64,000 nucleotides of DNA, taken from assembly GCA_965218695.1 (NCBI GenBank), contig OZ244651.1:1664001-1728000 (forward strand), written 5' to 3'. A program made the translations under genes and the position numbers. The notes under the pieces were generated by a model. That model saw nothing but the letters and a program-made list of their open reading frames with translations, ran no database searches and was not told the origin of the DNA. This DNA comes from Nitrosopumilus sp. (lineage in GTDB: Archaea; Thermoproteota; Nitrososphaeria; Nitrososphaerales; Nitrosopumilaceae). Below, in pieces: positions 32,639 to 42,712 of this stretch. Positions within the stretch are counted from its first letter, which is position 1, and each line of letters opens with the position of its first letter.

Positions 32639-33310
32639 ATGGCATCCAGGCTCAGGGAGATCAGATCCTTGAACGGCAAGATTTTAGAGTGCAAAAGATG
32701 TCCCCGGCTTGCATCATACATCAGGGACGTTGCACGCAACAAGGTAAGGCGGTTCAGGGACGAGGAGTACCACGGAAGACCGCTGCCGGGATTCGGCGAC
32801 GTCAATGCAAGACTGATGATAGTCGGGCTTGCGCCTGCAGCCCACGGGGGAAACAGGACGGGAAGAATGTTTACCGGAGACTCGTCTGGCGACTGGCTTG
32901 CAAAGGCAATGCACATGCATGGGTTTGCGTCAATCCCGACCAGCCAGTCGCGCGATGACGGACTGGTCCTCAAAAACGCATACGTCACTGCGGCAGTAAG
33001 ATGCGCGCCTCCCCAGAACAAGCCCACGAGAGAGGAGACAGACGCCTGCATTTCGTACCTGGAGCAGGAGAGAAAGATCCTGGACAGGGTTACCACCATC
33101 CTGTGCCTTGGAAGAATCGCCTACGAGGCAGTATGCAGGATGTACGGGGTGAGGCCTGCAGGGTTTGGCCACAACAGACTCTTCAAGCACGAATCAATTC
33201 AAATTCTGACCTCGTATCACCCGTCAAGGCAGAACACGCAGACGGGACGGCTGAGCTGGGAGGAGTGGTCGGCAGTCTTTGCAAGGGCAAAGGCACTGAC
33301 AGAGCCGTAA
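32639..33310 (+). CDS. uracil-DNA glycosylase, family 5
   Basis: CKRCPRL, GLAPAAHGGNRTGRMFTGD, YHPSRQNTQTG. Confidence 0.93.
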   Translation: MASRLREIRSLNGKILECKRCPRLASYIRDVARNKVRRFRDEEYHGRPLPGFGDVNARLMIVGLAPAAHGGNRTGRMFTGDSSGDWLAKAMHMHGFASIPTSQSRDDGLVLKNAYVTAAVRCAPPQNKPTREETDACISYLEQERKILDRVTTILCLGRIAYEAVCRMYGVRPAGFGHNRLFKHESIQILTSYHPSRQNTQTGRLSWEEWSAVFARAKALTEP

Positions 33311-33323
33311 CTTTTATGACAAG

Positions 33324-34910
33324 ATGGCATCATTCTCAGACATGAGAATTCTGATAGTCTTGCTGGCACTGTTGTTGATTCCTGCAGCAGCAACAGCATC
33401 TGCACAGGAGTATCCGGAGCTTGGGGTAAGGGTGGATGTGGTGGCCGAGAACCTGGCGGTTCCGTGGAGCATGGACTGGATGCCGGACGGTGCGATTCTG
33501 TTTACAGAAAGGGAGGGAAACCTCAGGGTGATCCAGGACGGAATGCTTGTGCCAGAACCGCTGGTGTCGGTGGGGGACAGCAACGCAGAGGGCGGGCTGC
33601 TTGGAGTCGCAGTCGATCCGGACTTTGAGGAGAACGGCTATGTCTATCTGTATTATACCTACAGCGATCTTCTCTCTACGGCAAACAAGGTGGTCCGCTA
33701 CCAGTTTGTCAATGGTGTACTCGCCGAGGACAAGGTGCTGGTTGAGGGAATTCCAGGCGGATGGTTCCACAACGGCGGAAGGATCCAGTTCGGACCGGAC
33801 CAAAGACTCTACATCGCCACGGGGGATGCGGGGGATGCGGGCACGGCGCAGAATCCGGACTCTCTGGCAGGAAAGATTCTCAGAATCAACCCTGACGGGA
33901 CGATACCAGAGGACAACCCGTACGGCGGCTCCCCGGTATGGTCCATCGGACACAGGAACCCCCAGGGGATGGACTGGGACGAGTCCGGCAACATGGTCGC
34001 AACAGAGCACGGACCGTCAGGGTGGAGGGGCGTTGCCCATGACGAGGTCAACGTCATAACTCCGGGGACAAACTACGGCTGGCCTGACATAGTGGGGGAC
34101 GAATCAGCAGACGGCCTGCAGGAGCCCATACTGCATACGGGGAACGACACATGGGCACCGTCAGGTGCTGAATTTTATGACGGGGATCAAATCCCGGAAT
34201 GGACAGGCAGGTACTTTGTCGCAGCCCTCCGCGGAAGTCATCTGCACATGATCGACTTTGACCTGCAAAACAACAGGGTGATCTCCCACGAGAAACTCTT
34301 TCAGGGAGAGTTTGGAAGGATTCGGGACGTGCAGACCGGGCCTGACGGATTTCTATACCTTCTGACAAGCAACCGCGACGGCAGGGGAGCCCCCGAACCC
34401 AACGACGACCGCATCCTTCGCATCACCCCGATACCCGGAGACATGCCATCATTCCCTGCAGAGGCCAGGCACCTAGAGTACGGGTATGACGGGGAACAGC
34501 TGAGCGCAATGATGTCGTACGCCGGATACGAGGTATCGCCGATCAGGTTTGACCTGGATTCAAAGAGTATCAGTTTTGATTTTGTAAGGATTGACGGGGC
34601 AATCCATGACCGTATCGAACTGCTGATTGAAAGGCCCCTGATCTCACCGCCATACACCATACAGATAGAGTCAGAAGACGGAACCGTGTGGAATCAGGAT
34701 GATCCTGACATAACGATTACGGAGGATAATTTTTACAGATACGAACCGGTGCCGGACCAGACTGTAAAGGCAGGAACCGTTACGGTAACCGGAACGTACG
34801 TGATTCCGGAGTTTGGAACCGTCATGCTGTTGCTGGTGGCCCTGACAGCGGGCTTGATTCCGGCGGTACTCTGGTCAAGATTCCGGCCTGGACTGTGGAT
34901 CCGGGGATAG
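33324..34910 (+). CDS. PQQ-dependent sugar dehydrogenase (GSDH family) with PEFG-CTERM anchor
   Basis: Signal peptide, EGGLLG, HNGGRIQFGPD, GHRNPQG, C-terminal VIPEFG plus transmembrane helix. Confidence 0.92.
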   Translation: MASFSDMRILIVLLALLLIPAAATASAQEYPELGVRVDVVAENLAVPWSMDWMPDGAILFTEREGNLRVIQDGMLVPEPLVSVGDSNAEGGLLGVAVDPDFEENGYVYLYYTYSDLLSTANKVVRYQFVNGVLAEDKVLVEGIPGGWFHNGGRIQFGPDQRLYIATGDAGDAGTAQNPDSLAGKILRINPDGTIPEDNPYGGSPVWSIGHRNPQGMDWDESGNMVATEHGPSGWRGVAHDEVNVITPGTNYGWPDIVGDESADGLQEPILHTGNDTWAPSGAEFYDGDQIPEWTGRYFVAALRGSHLHMIDFDLQNNRVISHEKLFQGEFGRIRDVQTGPDGFLYLLTSNRDGRGAPEPNDDRILRITPIPGDMPSFPAEARHLEYGYDGEQLSAMMSYAGYEVSPIRFDLDSKSISFDFVRIDGAIHDRIELLIERPLISPPYTIQIESEDGTVWNQDDPDITITEDNFYRYEPVPDQTVKAGTVTVTGTYVIPEFGTVMLLLVALTAGLIPAVLWSRFRPGLWIRG

Positions 34911-34955
34911 GCACCTCCGGGAACAGCAGCAGGCAAATGTGTGACGACATGACAT

Positions 34956-35504
34956 TCAGGGCGGCAACAAAGTCTCAGCAGAGCCAAGACCGATCGCCTC
35001 GCCAAAGTAGTATCCGGCCAGGATGGTTCCGGCGGCCCAGACACACGATCCTGAAAATGTGTAGAGTACAAACTTTGGCATCCTCATCCTGAGCAGTCCT
35101 GCAGGAATGGAGATCATCTCCCTCATTACAGGAACCATCCTTCCCAGAAAGACGGCCTTGTCACCATGCCTTTCAAACCATGCCTCCACACGCTGCAACT
35201 TTGCATCAGACACCCTGAAACGACCCAGATATCTAAGCATGACTACCCGTCCGAGCTTCAGGGACACAAGATAGATGATAAAGCTGCCAAGGGTGGAGCC
35301 CATTGCACCAAGAAGAATCATCAGGGCTACCCCGGCAAGCGGAACCCCGCTCTGCGATGCCAGAAATCCTGCAGTTGGAAAGACTGCAAGTGTTGGTATT
35401 GGCGGAACCACCGTCTCAAGAAGGGCCGCCAGAAAGGTTCCCTCGTAGATATGCTCTCCGAGAAATGTTGAGATCCATACCAGAAACGAGTCAATTGCCT
35501 CCAT
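34956..35504 (-). CDS. DedA-family membrane protein
   Basis: LETVVPPIP, WFERHG.KAVFLGRMVP, ISIPAG. Confidence 0.9.
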   Translation of the reverse strand: MEAIDSFLVWISTFLGEHIYEGTFLAALLETVVPPIPTLAVFPTAGFLASQSGVPLAGVALMILLGAMGSTLGSFIIYLVSLKLGRVVMLRYLGRFRVSDAKLQRVEAWFERHGDKAVFLGRMVPVMREMISIPAGLLRMRMPKFVLYTFSGSCVWAAGTILAGYYFGEAIGLGSAETLLPP

Positions 35505-35704
35505 GGGGTTCTGGCAACGGAATCGTCCTAAATTTCTTGCCGGCATGCACCGGACGATCCGCATCAGGGTACATGGGAATCGGAGGCAACAGGGAGTCCC
35601 GAATCTGCCGGTACTGACGCAACCGCAGGACGGCCGCATCTTGAATTTTCAGGGAGTCACGGATTGGGTAAAATATACTAATAGAGCCAAGGGTAAAAAT
35701 CCGT

Positions 35705-36424
35705 ATGAACAAATCATGGGCAATTATCGCAGTAGCAGTGATAGTTGGGGCAATTGCAACATATGCAGTGGCACCCTACTTTACCGAATCAACTGTGGAT
35801 GAGGCACTGCCTGAAGGGGCCATCATTCCAGAGCCAACCGAGGCTGAAATGATGGAAAAAGACGAGATAATGATAGATGACTCAAGGACGATGTATGAGG
35901 TAGGCAGGGCAGAGACGATAGACCTAAGCGAGATGAGCATGGAGGAGCTGGAGGCCATAAGCGAAGAGAAGGGAATAGACATGGAGGAGCTGGAGGCACT
36001 GAGCGTGCCAGACAACACCAAGGACGAGGCCACCATGAGCGACCTAGAAGTGGAAGGCGTGACAGAAACGCAGATGACCGAGATGGAGATGGCAGCTGCC
36101 ACGCACTATGCGGGAATGTTCGTAGGGGTCAACGACGGAATCCACAATGCCAACGGTGACGCATACACAATTCCGCTAGAAGACGGAAGCACCATACTGA
36201 GGCTGGAGAATTTTGCAGCCACCAACGGACCTGACCTGCACGTCTACCTGGCAACGGACAAGAGGGCTACAGACTATATTGATCTTGGAAAGCTCAAGGC
36301 AAACAAGGGAAACCAGAACTACGGCATACCCGAAGGCACCGATCTTGAGGCATACAGCAACGTCCTGATCTGGTGTGAGCCATTCAGGGTTCTGTTTGGA
36401 AGCGCCGAATTGTCACCCCAGTAA
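35705..36424 (+). CDS. DM13-domain protein
   Basis: LRLENF..TNGPDLHVYL, LKANKGNQNY, VLIWC..F.VLFGSA. Confidence 0.9.
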   Translation: MNKSWAIIAVAVIVGAIATYAVAPYFTESTVDEALPEGAIIPEPTEAEMMEKDEIMIDDSRTMYEVGRAETIDLSEMSMEELEAISEEKGIDMEELEALSVPDNTKDEATMSDLEVEGVTETQMTEMEMAAATHYAGMFVGVNDGIHNANGDAYTIPLEDGSTILRLENFAATNGPDLHVYLATDKRATDYIDLGKLKANKGNQNYGIPEGTDLEAYSNVLIWCEPFRVLFGSAELSPQ

Positions 36425-36539
36425 TGGGCACCAAGTGTTTTTTATTATTCAAACAACCATGGGAGACTCCCGGCAGCCTTGTGTGAATCGGTCATGCTAG
36501 AAACCGTGGGTTGCCTGCCGCAAATACAGGCGCTACGTC

Positions 36540-36911
36540 ATGCTCTGTGATTCACATCACAATACTCTTTATGGGCTGGAGGAGGAGGAGGACACCATGT
36601 CCATTCGCCCCAAACTGTGGTTTGCCACCCTTGCTATTACCGGCATCATATCCTCCAACATAGTGGCTGGCATACTCTACAGCCTTCCGTTGATCGGAGC
36701 AGGGTGTATCAATCTGGCGGCAGCCGCTGTTATGGGGGCACCCTTTGTGGCAACTGTGATAATCATGCGCAGGAAGGGCATGCTGAGGTGGTGGCATGTC
36801 GCGCTGGTGGTGGCAGTCGGAGCGGCACTGTTTCCTAGCCAAACCCCGACCATCGGGCATCTGTGCATCTCGGGGCCTTACGCCCCGCCGCCAGGGTTCC
36901 TGCTCGATTGA
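36540..36911 (+). CDS. hypothetical membrane protein
   Basis: Three hydrophobic segments; start uncertain (possibly MSIRP). Confidence 0.55.
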   Translation: MLCDSHHNTLYGLEEEEDTMSIRPKLWFATLAITGIISSNIVAGILYSLPLIGAGCINLAAAAVMGAPFVATVIIMRRKGMLRWWHVALVVAVGAALFPSQTPTIGHLCISGPYAPPPGFLLD

Positions 36912-38074
36912 TATACCTTTCCTACCGTCACGGGCATAACCCGCACTGGTGCCAAATAGAGTCAAAAGTTTGCACCAAACAGTGCGTGCCATGACGTGCC
37001 CACACCAAGGCAAGCTGACACACGCCATTAGGCCTGTTTTTTTTATTTTGATTTCCCATGGGATCCCTGGGCACTCAGGTTGTCTCATGCGGTCTTACAA
37101 AGACCTTCATGACGTCAGGCCGCCTTGCGTGTTCTACTGCCTCGGAGAATCTTTCCAGCGGAAAGGTGGAATCAATCACGGATTCGACGGATATAATTCC
37201 GGATGCAAGCGCCTTGATTGCAGGCTTGAACAGGCCGCATCTGGAGCCCACAATGGTCACCTCGTTTATCACTGCAGGGGTAAGATTCGGATTCCCCCTT
37301 GATGCGACAGTGGACTTTAGTATTATGGTGCCCCTTGGCCGTACGAGCCTCATGGTGTCGGCAAACCCGGAGTTGCTCCCGGAGGACTCCACCACCAGAT
37401 CATATTGCTGTTCATCAGGGGAGCCTATCCCGATCTTGGTCGTTATTCCGAATTTTGCCAGCCGGGCAAGCTTGCTTTTGTGCCTTCCAAAGCACGAGAC
37501 GTGCGGGCAGGCAATCCTGAGTACCTGGGAGATCAGATGCGCCAGCCTGCCATCGCCCACTACTGCAACATTCCATTCGGGTTTCAGGCGGATCTGCTCT
37601 GCAATCTCAAATGCTGCAGCCAACGGTTCCACAAATACTGCCTGCTCGTCACTCATCGAGTCGGGGATGGGGTGCAGGTTCCTTTCAGGGAGCGAGAGGA
37701 GTTCTGCAAAGGCGCCGTCCCGCCCCAGTATTCCAAGGACTGTCCTGTCAGGACAGTGCCTTGCCATTCCCCGGGCACAGTACCCACATGTATCGCATCC
37801 GGCATTGATCTCGCCTACGACCCTCCGTCCGATCATCCCAGGATTCTCAGATTTCAGGACTGTTCCGACAAACTCGTGGCCCATGATGCCCCTGTATCCC
37901 ATGTAACCGTCAAGAATCTCCAGGTCGGTTCCGCAGATTCCCGCCAGGTCGACCCTGACAAGCGACTCTCCGGGTTTTGGAACCGGATGGTTCTCATCCA
38001 TGACTGCATGTGGGAATTACATACAAAAGTTACATTCTTACCGCATTTTTTGGCGTTTTCTCGGCAAATGGCGC

Positions 38075-38083
38075 TTTTAAATA
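38075..38083 (+). promoter_or_regulatory. candidate archaeal TATA box for a leaderless tnpB transcript
   Basis: TTTTAAATA about 25 nt upstream of the TTG start at 38106. Confidence 0.45.
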
Positions 38084-38105
38084 ATAACGCGCCATATGTG
38101 CAATA

Positions 38106-39461
38106 TTGATCCTCACCAAAACGCTCCGCGTCAAGCAATCCAAAGAAAATTCGTCAAAGATATGGGATCTGCACCACGCCGCAAGGTGGTGTTTCAACGA
38201 GGGAGTAAAAACTATGTTCACGCGCGACATTTCTTCAAGAAAGGCAGAAGGCTTGCTGACAAAACTCCGGAAGGAGCAAAAATGGCAGCTGAAATATCCA
38301 AGAAACATGCTGCGCGCAAATTTCAACAACGGCTGCAAGGCTGTCAATTTGGCAAGAGCTGTCCGGAGGAAAAACAAGACGCCGCCTCCGTTAACGCCTG
38401 ATCCGTATTTCAGGAGGAAGCAAGGCGGCAGGCAGCCCGCGATCAGCTCGTTTCAAAAATTAAAGATCATCAAAAACACGCTGAACATGGGGCCGTGCAA
38501 GATTGGGTTGGCCGACGCGTGCGACGAGGAAATAAAATCGTTCCAGATAGTCGAGACCACGCGCAAGATAACCAGACATACAAGGCCCGAAGACCGCACG
38601 TACGAACTGCACGTCCAGTACGAGCACGTCCCAATTGCCAAAAAGGACGGCGACGCCAAGGCAATAGATCTCGGAGCCGACAACATGATCGGCATGTCGG
38701 TGCTGGACAACGGCTCACACGAACTGATAAAGCTGCCAAAAGGCGCAAAGAGGCACAAGCATGACGCCCTGGCAAAAAGGCAGTCAAGACAGTCCAAGAG
38801 GCACAAGAACGGCAGGAATTACAGGCAGGAACAGAGGCGGATCAACAAGAAGAACCTGAAGATAGTACGCAAAAAGGCTGATTTCGTGCGCAAGTCATTG
38901 TGCAGGATTTTCAAGGACGCGGCCGTCGTGGTGTTGGAAGACTTGAAGACGGCCCAACTCATAGGCAAGGGTTATGGAAAACGTGGGCTTAACAGGACGC
39001 TGTCTTATGCCTCGCTCGGCTACGTCAAGGATGAAATAATCCAGCATTGTGCCAAGAACGGCATCCACGTAGTTTTGGTAGATCCGGCATATACAAGCCA
39101 GACGTGCTCGGTTTGCGGGCACGTGGACAAAAAATCGAGGGACGGAGAAAAGTTCCAATGCACGAAGTGCACGCTGGCAAATCACGCTGACATCAATGCC
39201 TCGGAGAACATGGTTTACAGGGCGGTATCAGGGGCGGCAGGGAATGTCGTCTGCAAGCAGAAGGACGGCATGGGACGGATCGCCCTCAAGGTGAAAAAGT
39301 TCCAGAAGGAGAGAACCAATCCGGACCGTTTCCAGTTTGGCTCCAGGAGCCATGCGGGGCATTATTGCGGGAGGGCTGATGCCCATCTGCCCGCAATGGT
39401 GCCATTGCTGCTAGAAAAACACGAAAGTTGCACCAAGAAACGGTGTAACTTTTGTATGTAA
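38106..39461 (+). CDS. tnpB: RNA-guided endonuclease TnpB family protein
   Basis: AARWCFN, RuvC-I AIDLG, RuvC-II VVLEDL, VDPAYTSQTCSVCG...CTKC zinc ribbon, RuvC-III HADINASEN. Confidence 0.93.
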   Translation: MILTKTLRVKQSKENSSKIWDLHHAARWCFNEGVKTMFTRDISSRKAEGLLTKLRKEQKWQLKYPRNMLRANFNNGCKAVNLARAVRRKNKTPPPLTPDPYFRRKQGGRQPAISSFQKLKIIKNTLNMGPCKIGLADACDEEIKSFQIVETTRKITRHTRPEDRTYELHVQYEHVPIAKKDGDAKAIDLGADNMIGMSVLDNGSHELIKLPKGAKRHKHDALAKRQSRQSKRHKNGRNYRQEQRRINKKNLKIVRKKADFVRKSLCRIFKDAAVVVLEDLKTAQLIGKGYGKRGLNRTLSYASLGYVKDEIIQHCAKNGIHVVLVDPAYTSQTCSVCGHVDKKSRDGEKFQCTKCTLANHADINASENMVYRAVSGAAGNVVCKQKDGMGRIALKVKKFQKERTNPDRFQFGSRSHAGHYCGRADAHLPAMVPLLLEKHESCTKKRCNFCM

Positions 39462-39605
39462 TTCCCCTGCATGCCTTCCATCAAAGCAGATGGCTCTCAT
39501 GGTACGGCTGTATTCGTGCCGGGTTTTAAAATAACTGATTTGTATCGGAACCGGCATGCCACACACGGGATGCCAATTAATAATCGGAGGTATTTCAGAC
39601 TGCAA

Positions 39606-40031
39606 ATGAGTTATCGGTTTTTGGATCATGCAACGGATGCAATCGTTGAGGTGGACGCAAAGGATCTCAAGGAAGCCTTTGCGGTGGCTGCCCGTGCAGT
39701 CATAGACCTGACCATCGACCAGGGTACGGTGGCAGAGAAGGGCCAAAGGCAGTTTTCGGCAGGCGGCAAGGATCTGCACTATCTTCTGTTCAGCTGGCTT
39801 GAGGAGGTCGTGTTTGTGCTCATTACGGAGGGGTTTGCAATAGCCAGGCTGGAACTTGACCTAGAGGAGGAGACGACTGGCGGCACCCACAGGATACACG
39901 CAAGGGCGTACGGCGAACCGCTTGACCTCCGCAGGCACAACTTCAAGGTGGAGGTAAAGGCACCCACGTTTTACGACATGCAGATCAGCGAGAAGGACAG
40001 GGTCCGCATGAGGTTCCTGCTTGACTTGTGA
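39606..40031 (+). CDS. archease
   Basis: YRFLDHATD, LFSWLEE, EVKAPTFY, FLLDL. Confidence 0.92.
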   Translation: MSYRFLDHATDAIVEVDAKDLKEAFAVAARAVIDLTIDQGTVAEKGQRQFSAGGKDLHYLLFSWLEEVVFVLITEGFAIARLELDLEEETTGGTHRIHARAYGEPLDLRRHNFKVEVKAPTFYDMQISEKDRVRMRFLLDL

Positions 40032-40099
40032 ATAATTATTCGCAAGATCATATAACAAAATACACATCTTTTTTAAAAGTCAGATAATACAGAACTAGC

Positions 40100-42211
40100 A
40101 TGATGCAGACGGTGGCAATATTTGCGGTTCTTTCGCTGGCCATCGTTGCGATCATCCCCGCATATGCAGAGGTTACCTCTATGTCACTGACAGAGGATTC
40201 ATTCTCTGTAGATCAGTCCTTTACCATCAGCGGCATCAATGATGAGGGGGGAATAGTCAATGTAATCATTAGAAATTCCAACGGAGATTATAAGGGATTA
40301 GTATCCGGCAGAGCTGTAGGAACTGGTGATGGCTTTGAGACAATTGCCAAGCCGGTATCGGATTTTTTCACTTCATCTGGGGTTTACACTGCCACTGGAT
40401 TTGTGGGGAAACAGAAAGAGGCTGACGGTGTAATCATCCAGATACAGTTTGACGGAGGTAAAATCTTTGAGGCTCCAGACTTTGAGCTAAAACTCAGCGC
40501 CGTCCGGGACAAGAGAGTAGAGACAGGGGAGAGACTGACGTTTACTGCAACCACCACGGATCGCAGCCTGACGGGTGTGGAATATAGCCTAAGGAGGGAC
40601 GCGCCTGTAGGTGCCACGATAGATGCAGAGACGGGCAAGTTTGAATGGACGCCTGCTGCATCGCAAGGGTCAGAGCGTGGAACCGAGTATAATTTTGATA
40701 TTGTGGTAGAAAAATCATCCCAGGAGGACAGGCAGTCAGTCAGGATTACCGTGACGGTGGCTCCCCCACCGGAGCCCGTACTGCAGATACCTGCCCCGTT
40801 TGTTGAGGCCTCAAATGGCCCCCAGTACTACGTGGACAGGTACAACAACGAGCCAAGCTACAGGGATTGGTTTGATTCCACATACCCAGGGTACGCCTCA
40901 ATATACCAGGCAGTTGGACTAGATGAGCCTCGAGCAGAACCAGTAGCAAGCGATACGCTTGTGATTCCTGCCCCGTTTGTTGAGGCCTCAAATGGCCCCC
41001 AGTACTACGTGGACAGGTACAACAACGAGCCAAGCTACAGGGATTGGTTTGATTCCACATACCCAGGGTACGCCTCAATATACCAGGCAGTTGGACTAGA
41101 TGAGCCAGGGGCAGGCCCTGATACACCAGACGGTTCCCAAGGAACCTCAAATGAGACCCCTGTGATTCCTGCCCCGTTTGTTGACAAAACAAGGGATCCC
41201 CAGAGCTACGTGAACAGGTACAACAACGAGCCAAGCTACAGGGAGTGGTTTGACAAGACACATTCAGAGTACGCCTCAATATACCAAGCAGTGGGACTAG
41301 ACGAGCCCAAGGAGCTGGCACCGTTTGTAGACCCCGCACAGGATCCCCAGTACTACATAGACAGGTACAACAACGAGCCGGACTACATGGAGTGGTTTGA
41401 CAGGACGTACCCCGACATTACAATCTATGACGCAGTGGGCGTTGATCCGCCCAAGGAGCTGGCACCGTTTGTAGACCCCGCACAGGATCCCCAGTACTAC
41501 ATAGACAGGTACAACAACGAGCCGGACTACATGGAGTGGTTTGACAGGACGTACCCCGACATTACAATCTATGACGCAGTGGGCGTTGATCCGCCCAAGG
41601 AGCTGGCACCGTTTGTAGACCCCGCACAGGATCCCCAGTACTACATAGACAGGTACAACAACGAGCCGGACTACATGGAGTGGTTTGACAGGACGTACCC
41701 CGACATTACAATCTATGACGCAGTGGGCGTTGATGAGTCAGGAACGGAGGCGCCGGAGGAGGAATGCGGCAAGGGAACTGAACTTGTAGACGGCCAATGT
41801 GTGGCCACATCTGACAACGGCGGCGGATGCCTTATTGCGACAGCAGCATACGGATCCGAGATGGCACCACAGATCCAGATTCTCAGGGAGATTCGTGACG
41901 ACCAGCTGATGAACACCGCATCGGGCGAATCATTCATGACAGGGTTCAACCAGGTATACTACTCGTTCTCGCCATCCGTTGCAGACTACCAGAGGGAGAA
42001 TCCGGCATTCAGGGAGATGGTCAGAGTCGGAATAACCCCGCTGCTATCGACGCTGTCAATCATGGAACACGCAGATACCGAGACGGAGGTCTTGGGGTAT
42101 GGAATCGGTGTGATTCTGCTTAACCTTGGAATGTACGTCGCAGCACCGACGATGCTGCTGTTCTTCGGGATAAGAAGGGCCAGACGAGTCCTTGTCAAGA
42201 CTGCAAGATAG
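40100..42211 (+). CDS. CFI-box-CTERM surface protein with Ig/cadherin-like domain and six Tyr-rich repeats
   Basis: Signal peptide; GGGCLIATAAYGSEMAPQ...LREIRD; repeats APFV....PQYY.DRYNNEP.Y..WFD.TYP....Y.AVG. Confidence 0.88.
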   Translation: MMQTVAIFAVLSLAIVAIIPAYAEVTSMSLTEDSFSVDQSFTISGINDEGGIVNVIIRNSNGDYKGLVSGRAVGTGDGFETIAKPVSDFFTSSGVYTATGFVGKQKEADGVIIQIQFDGGKIFEAPDFELKLSAVRDKRVETGERLTFTATTTDRSLTGVEYSLRRDAPVGATIDAETGKFEWTPAASQGSERGTEYNFDIVVEKSSQEDRQSVRITVTVAPPPEPVLQIPAPFVEASNGPQYYVDRYNNEPSYRDWFDSTYPGYASIYQAVGLDEPRAEPVASDTLVIPAPFVEASNGPQYYVDRYNNEPSYRDWFDSTYPGYASIYQAVGLDEPGAGPDTPDGSQGTSNETPVIPAPFVDKTRDPQSYVNRYNNEPSYREWFDKTHSEYASIYQAVGLDEPKELAPFVDPAQDPQYYIDRYNNEPDYMEWFDRTYPDITIYDAVGVDPPKELAPFVDPAQDPQYYIDRYNNEPDYMEWFDRTYPDITIYDAVGVDPPKELAPFVDPAQDPQYYIDRYNNEPDYMEWFDRTYPDITIYDAVGVDESGTEAPEEECGKGTELVDGQCVATSDNGGGCLIATAAYGSEMAPQIQILREIRDDQLMNTASGESFMTGFNQVYYSFSPSVADYQRENPAFREMVRVGITPLLSTLSIMEHADTETEVLGYGIGVILLNLGMYVAAPTMLLFFGIRRARRVLVKTAR
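41306..41734. repeat. 3 x 144-bp identical tandem repeat; a second near-identical pair lies at about 40789-41106 with 177-bp spacing
   Basis: Units begin cccaaggagctggcaccg at 41306, 41450 and 41594. Confidence 0.93.
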
Positions 42212-42256
42212 CGCGCCTTCCATCCTGTCTTCAAATATAGATTTTTAGTAGAGCCG

Positions 42257-42682
42257 ATGCCAGTACGCCTGTTGTCCGAAGATCCAGAAATAGAGAGGAT
42301 AAAGCAGAGAAAACTCGAAGAGATGCTGAGGCAACAGCAGCAGAACAGGCCATCGCCAAGGGAATCTGGAATCGTGGACCTGAACGACTCCAACTTTGAC
42401 CAAATAATATCAGCAGAGAGCCCCACGCTGGTGGACTTTTGGGCCGAGTGGTGCGGACCGTGCAAGATGATGCACCCGGTCTTTGAGAGCCTGGACAGAA
42501 AGTATCCGAGGGTGAGGTTTGCAAGGGTGAACGTTGATGCCAGCCAGGGAATCGCCATGAGGTTTGGCGTCCAGTCCATTCCGACATTCATCATGTTCAG
42601 GTCGGGGCGCATGGTGGACAAGATGATGGGCGCAGTGGGCGCCCCTGGGATTCACATGATCTGCAAAAAGCACTCCGGCTGA
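42257..42682 (+). CDS. trxA: thioredoxin
   Basis: DFWAEWCGPCK, SIPT. Confidence 0.93.
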   Translation: MPVRLLSEDPEIERIKQRKLEEMLRQQQQNRPSPRESGIVDLNDSNFDQIISAESPTLVDFWAEWCGPCKMMHPVFESLDRKYPRVRFARVNVDASQGIAMRFGVQSIPTFIMFRSGRMVDKMMGAVGAPGIHMICKKHSG

Positions 42683-42712
42683 CCCGCCGGGCCCTGCCGC
42701 AGAATGCCGCAT

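Larger units (their letters stand above)
38012..39466 (+). mobile_element. TIR-bounded element carrying only tnpB
   Basis: Perfect 23-bp TIR GGGAATTACATACAAAAGTTACA at 38012-38034 and 39444-39466; duplicated target CTGCATG at 38004-38010 and 39467-39473. Confidence 0.92.
37075..39500 (-). pseudogene. zinc-dependent alcohol dehydrogenase (MDR family) interrupted by the TnpB element
   Basis: GICGTD, GHEFVG and C..C..C.......C motifs in 37075..38001. The first 11 codons (MRAICFDGRHA) lie at 39468..39500; excising the element restores MRAICFDGRHAVMDENHPVP. Confidence 0.92.

Noticed and set aside
38106-39461. TnpB as a Cas12f CRISPR effector
   Set aside because: No adjacent array; it lies inside a TIR/TSD element.
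41306-41734. Regularly spaced repeats as a CRISPR array
   Set aside because: Units are contiguous, identical, in-frame coding repeats with no unique spacers; no cas genes nearby.
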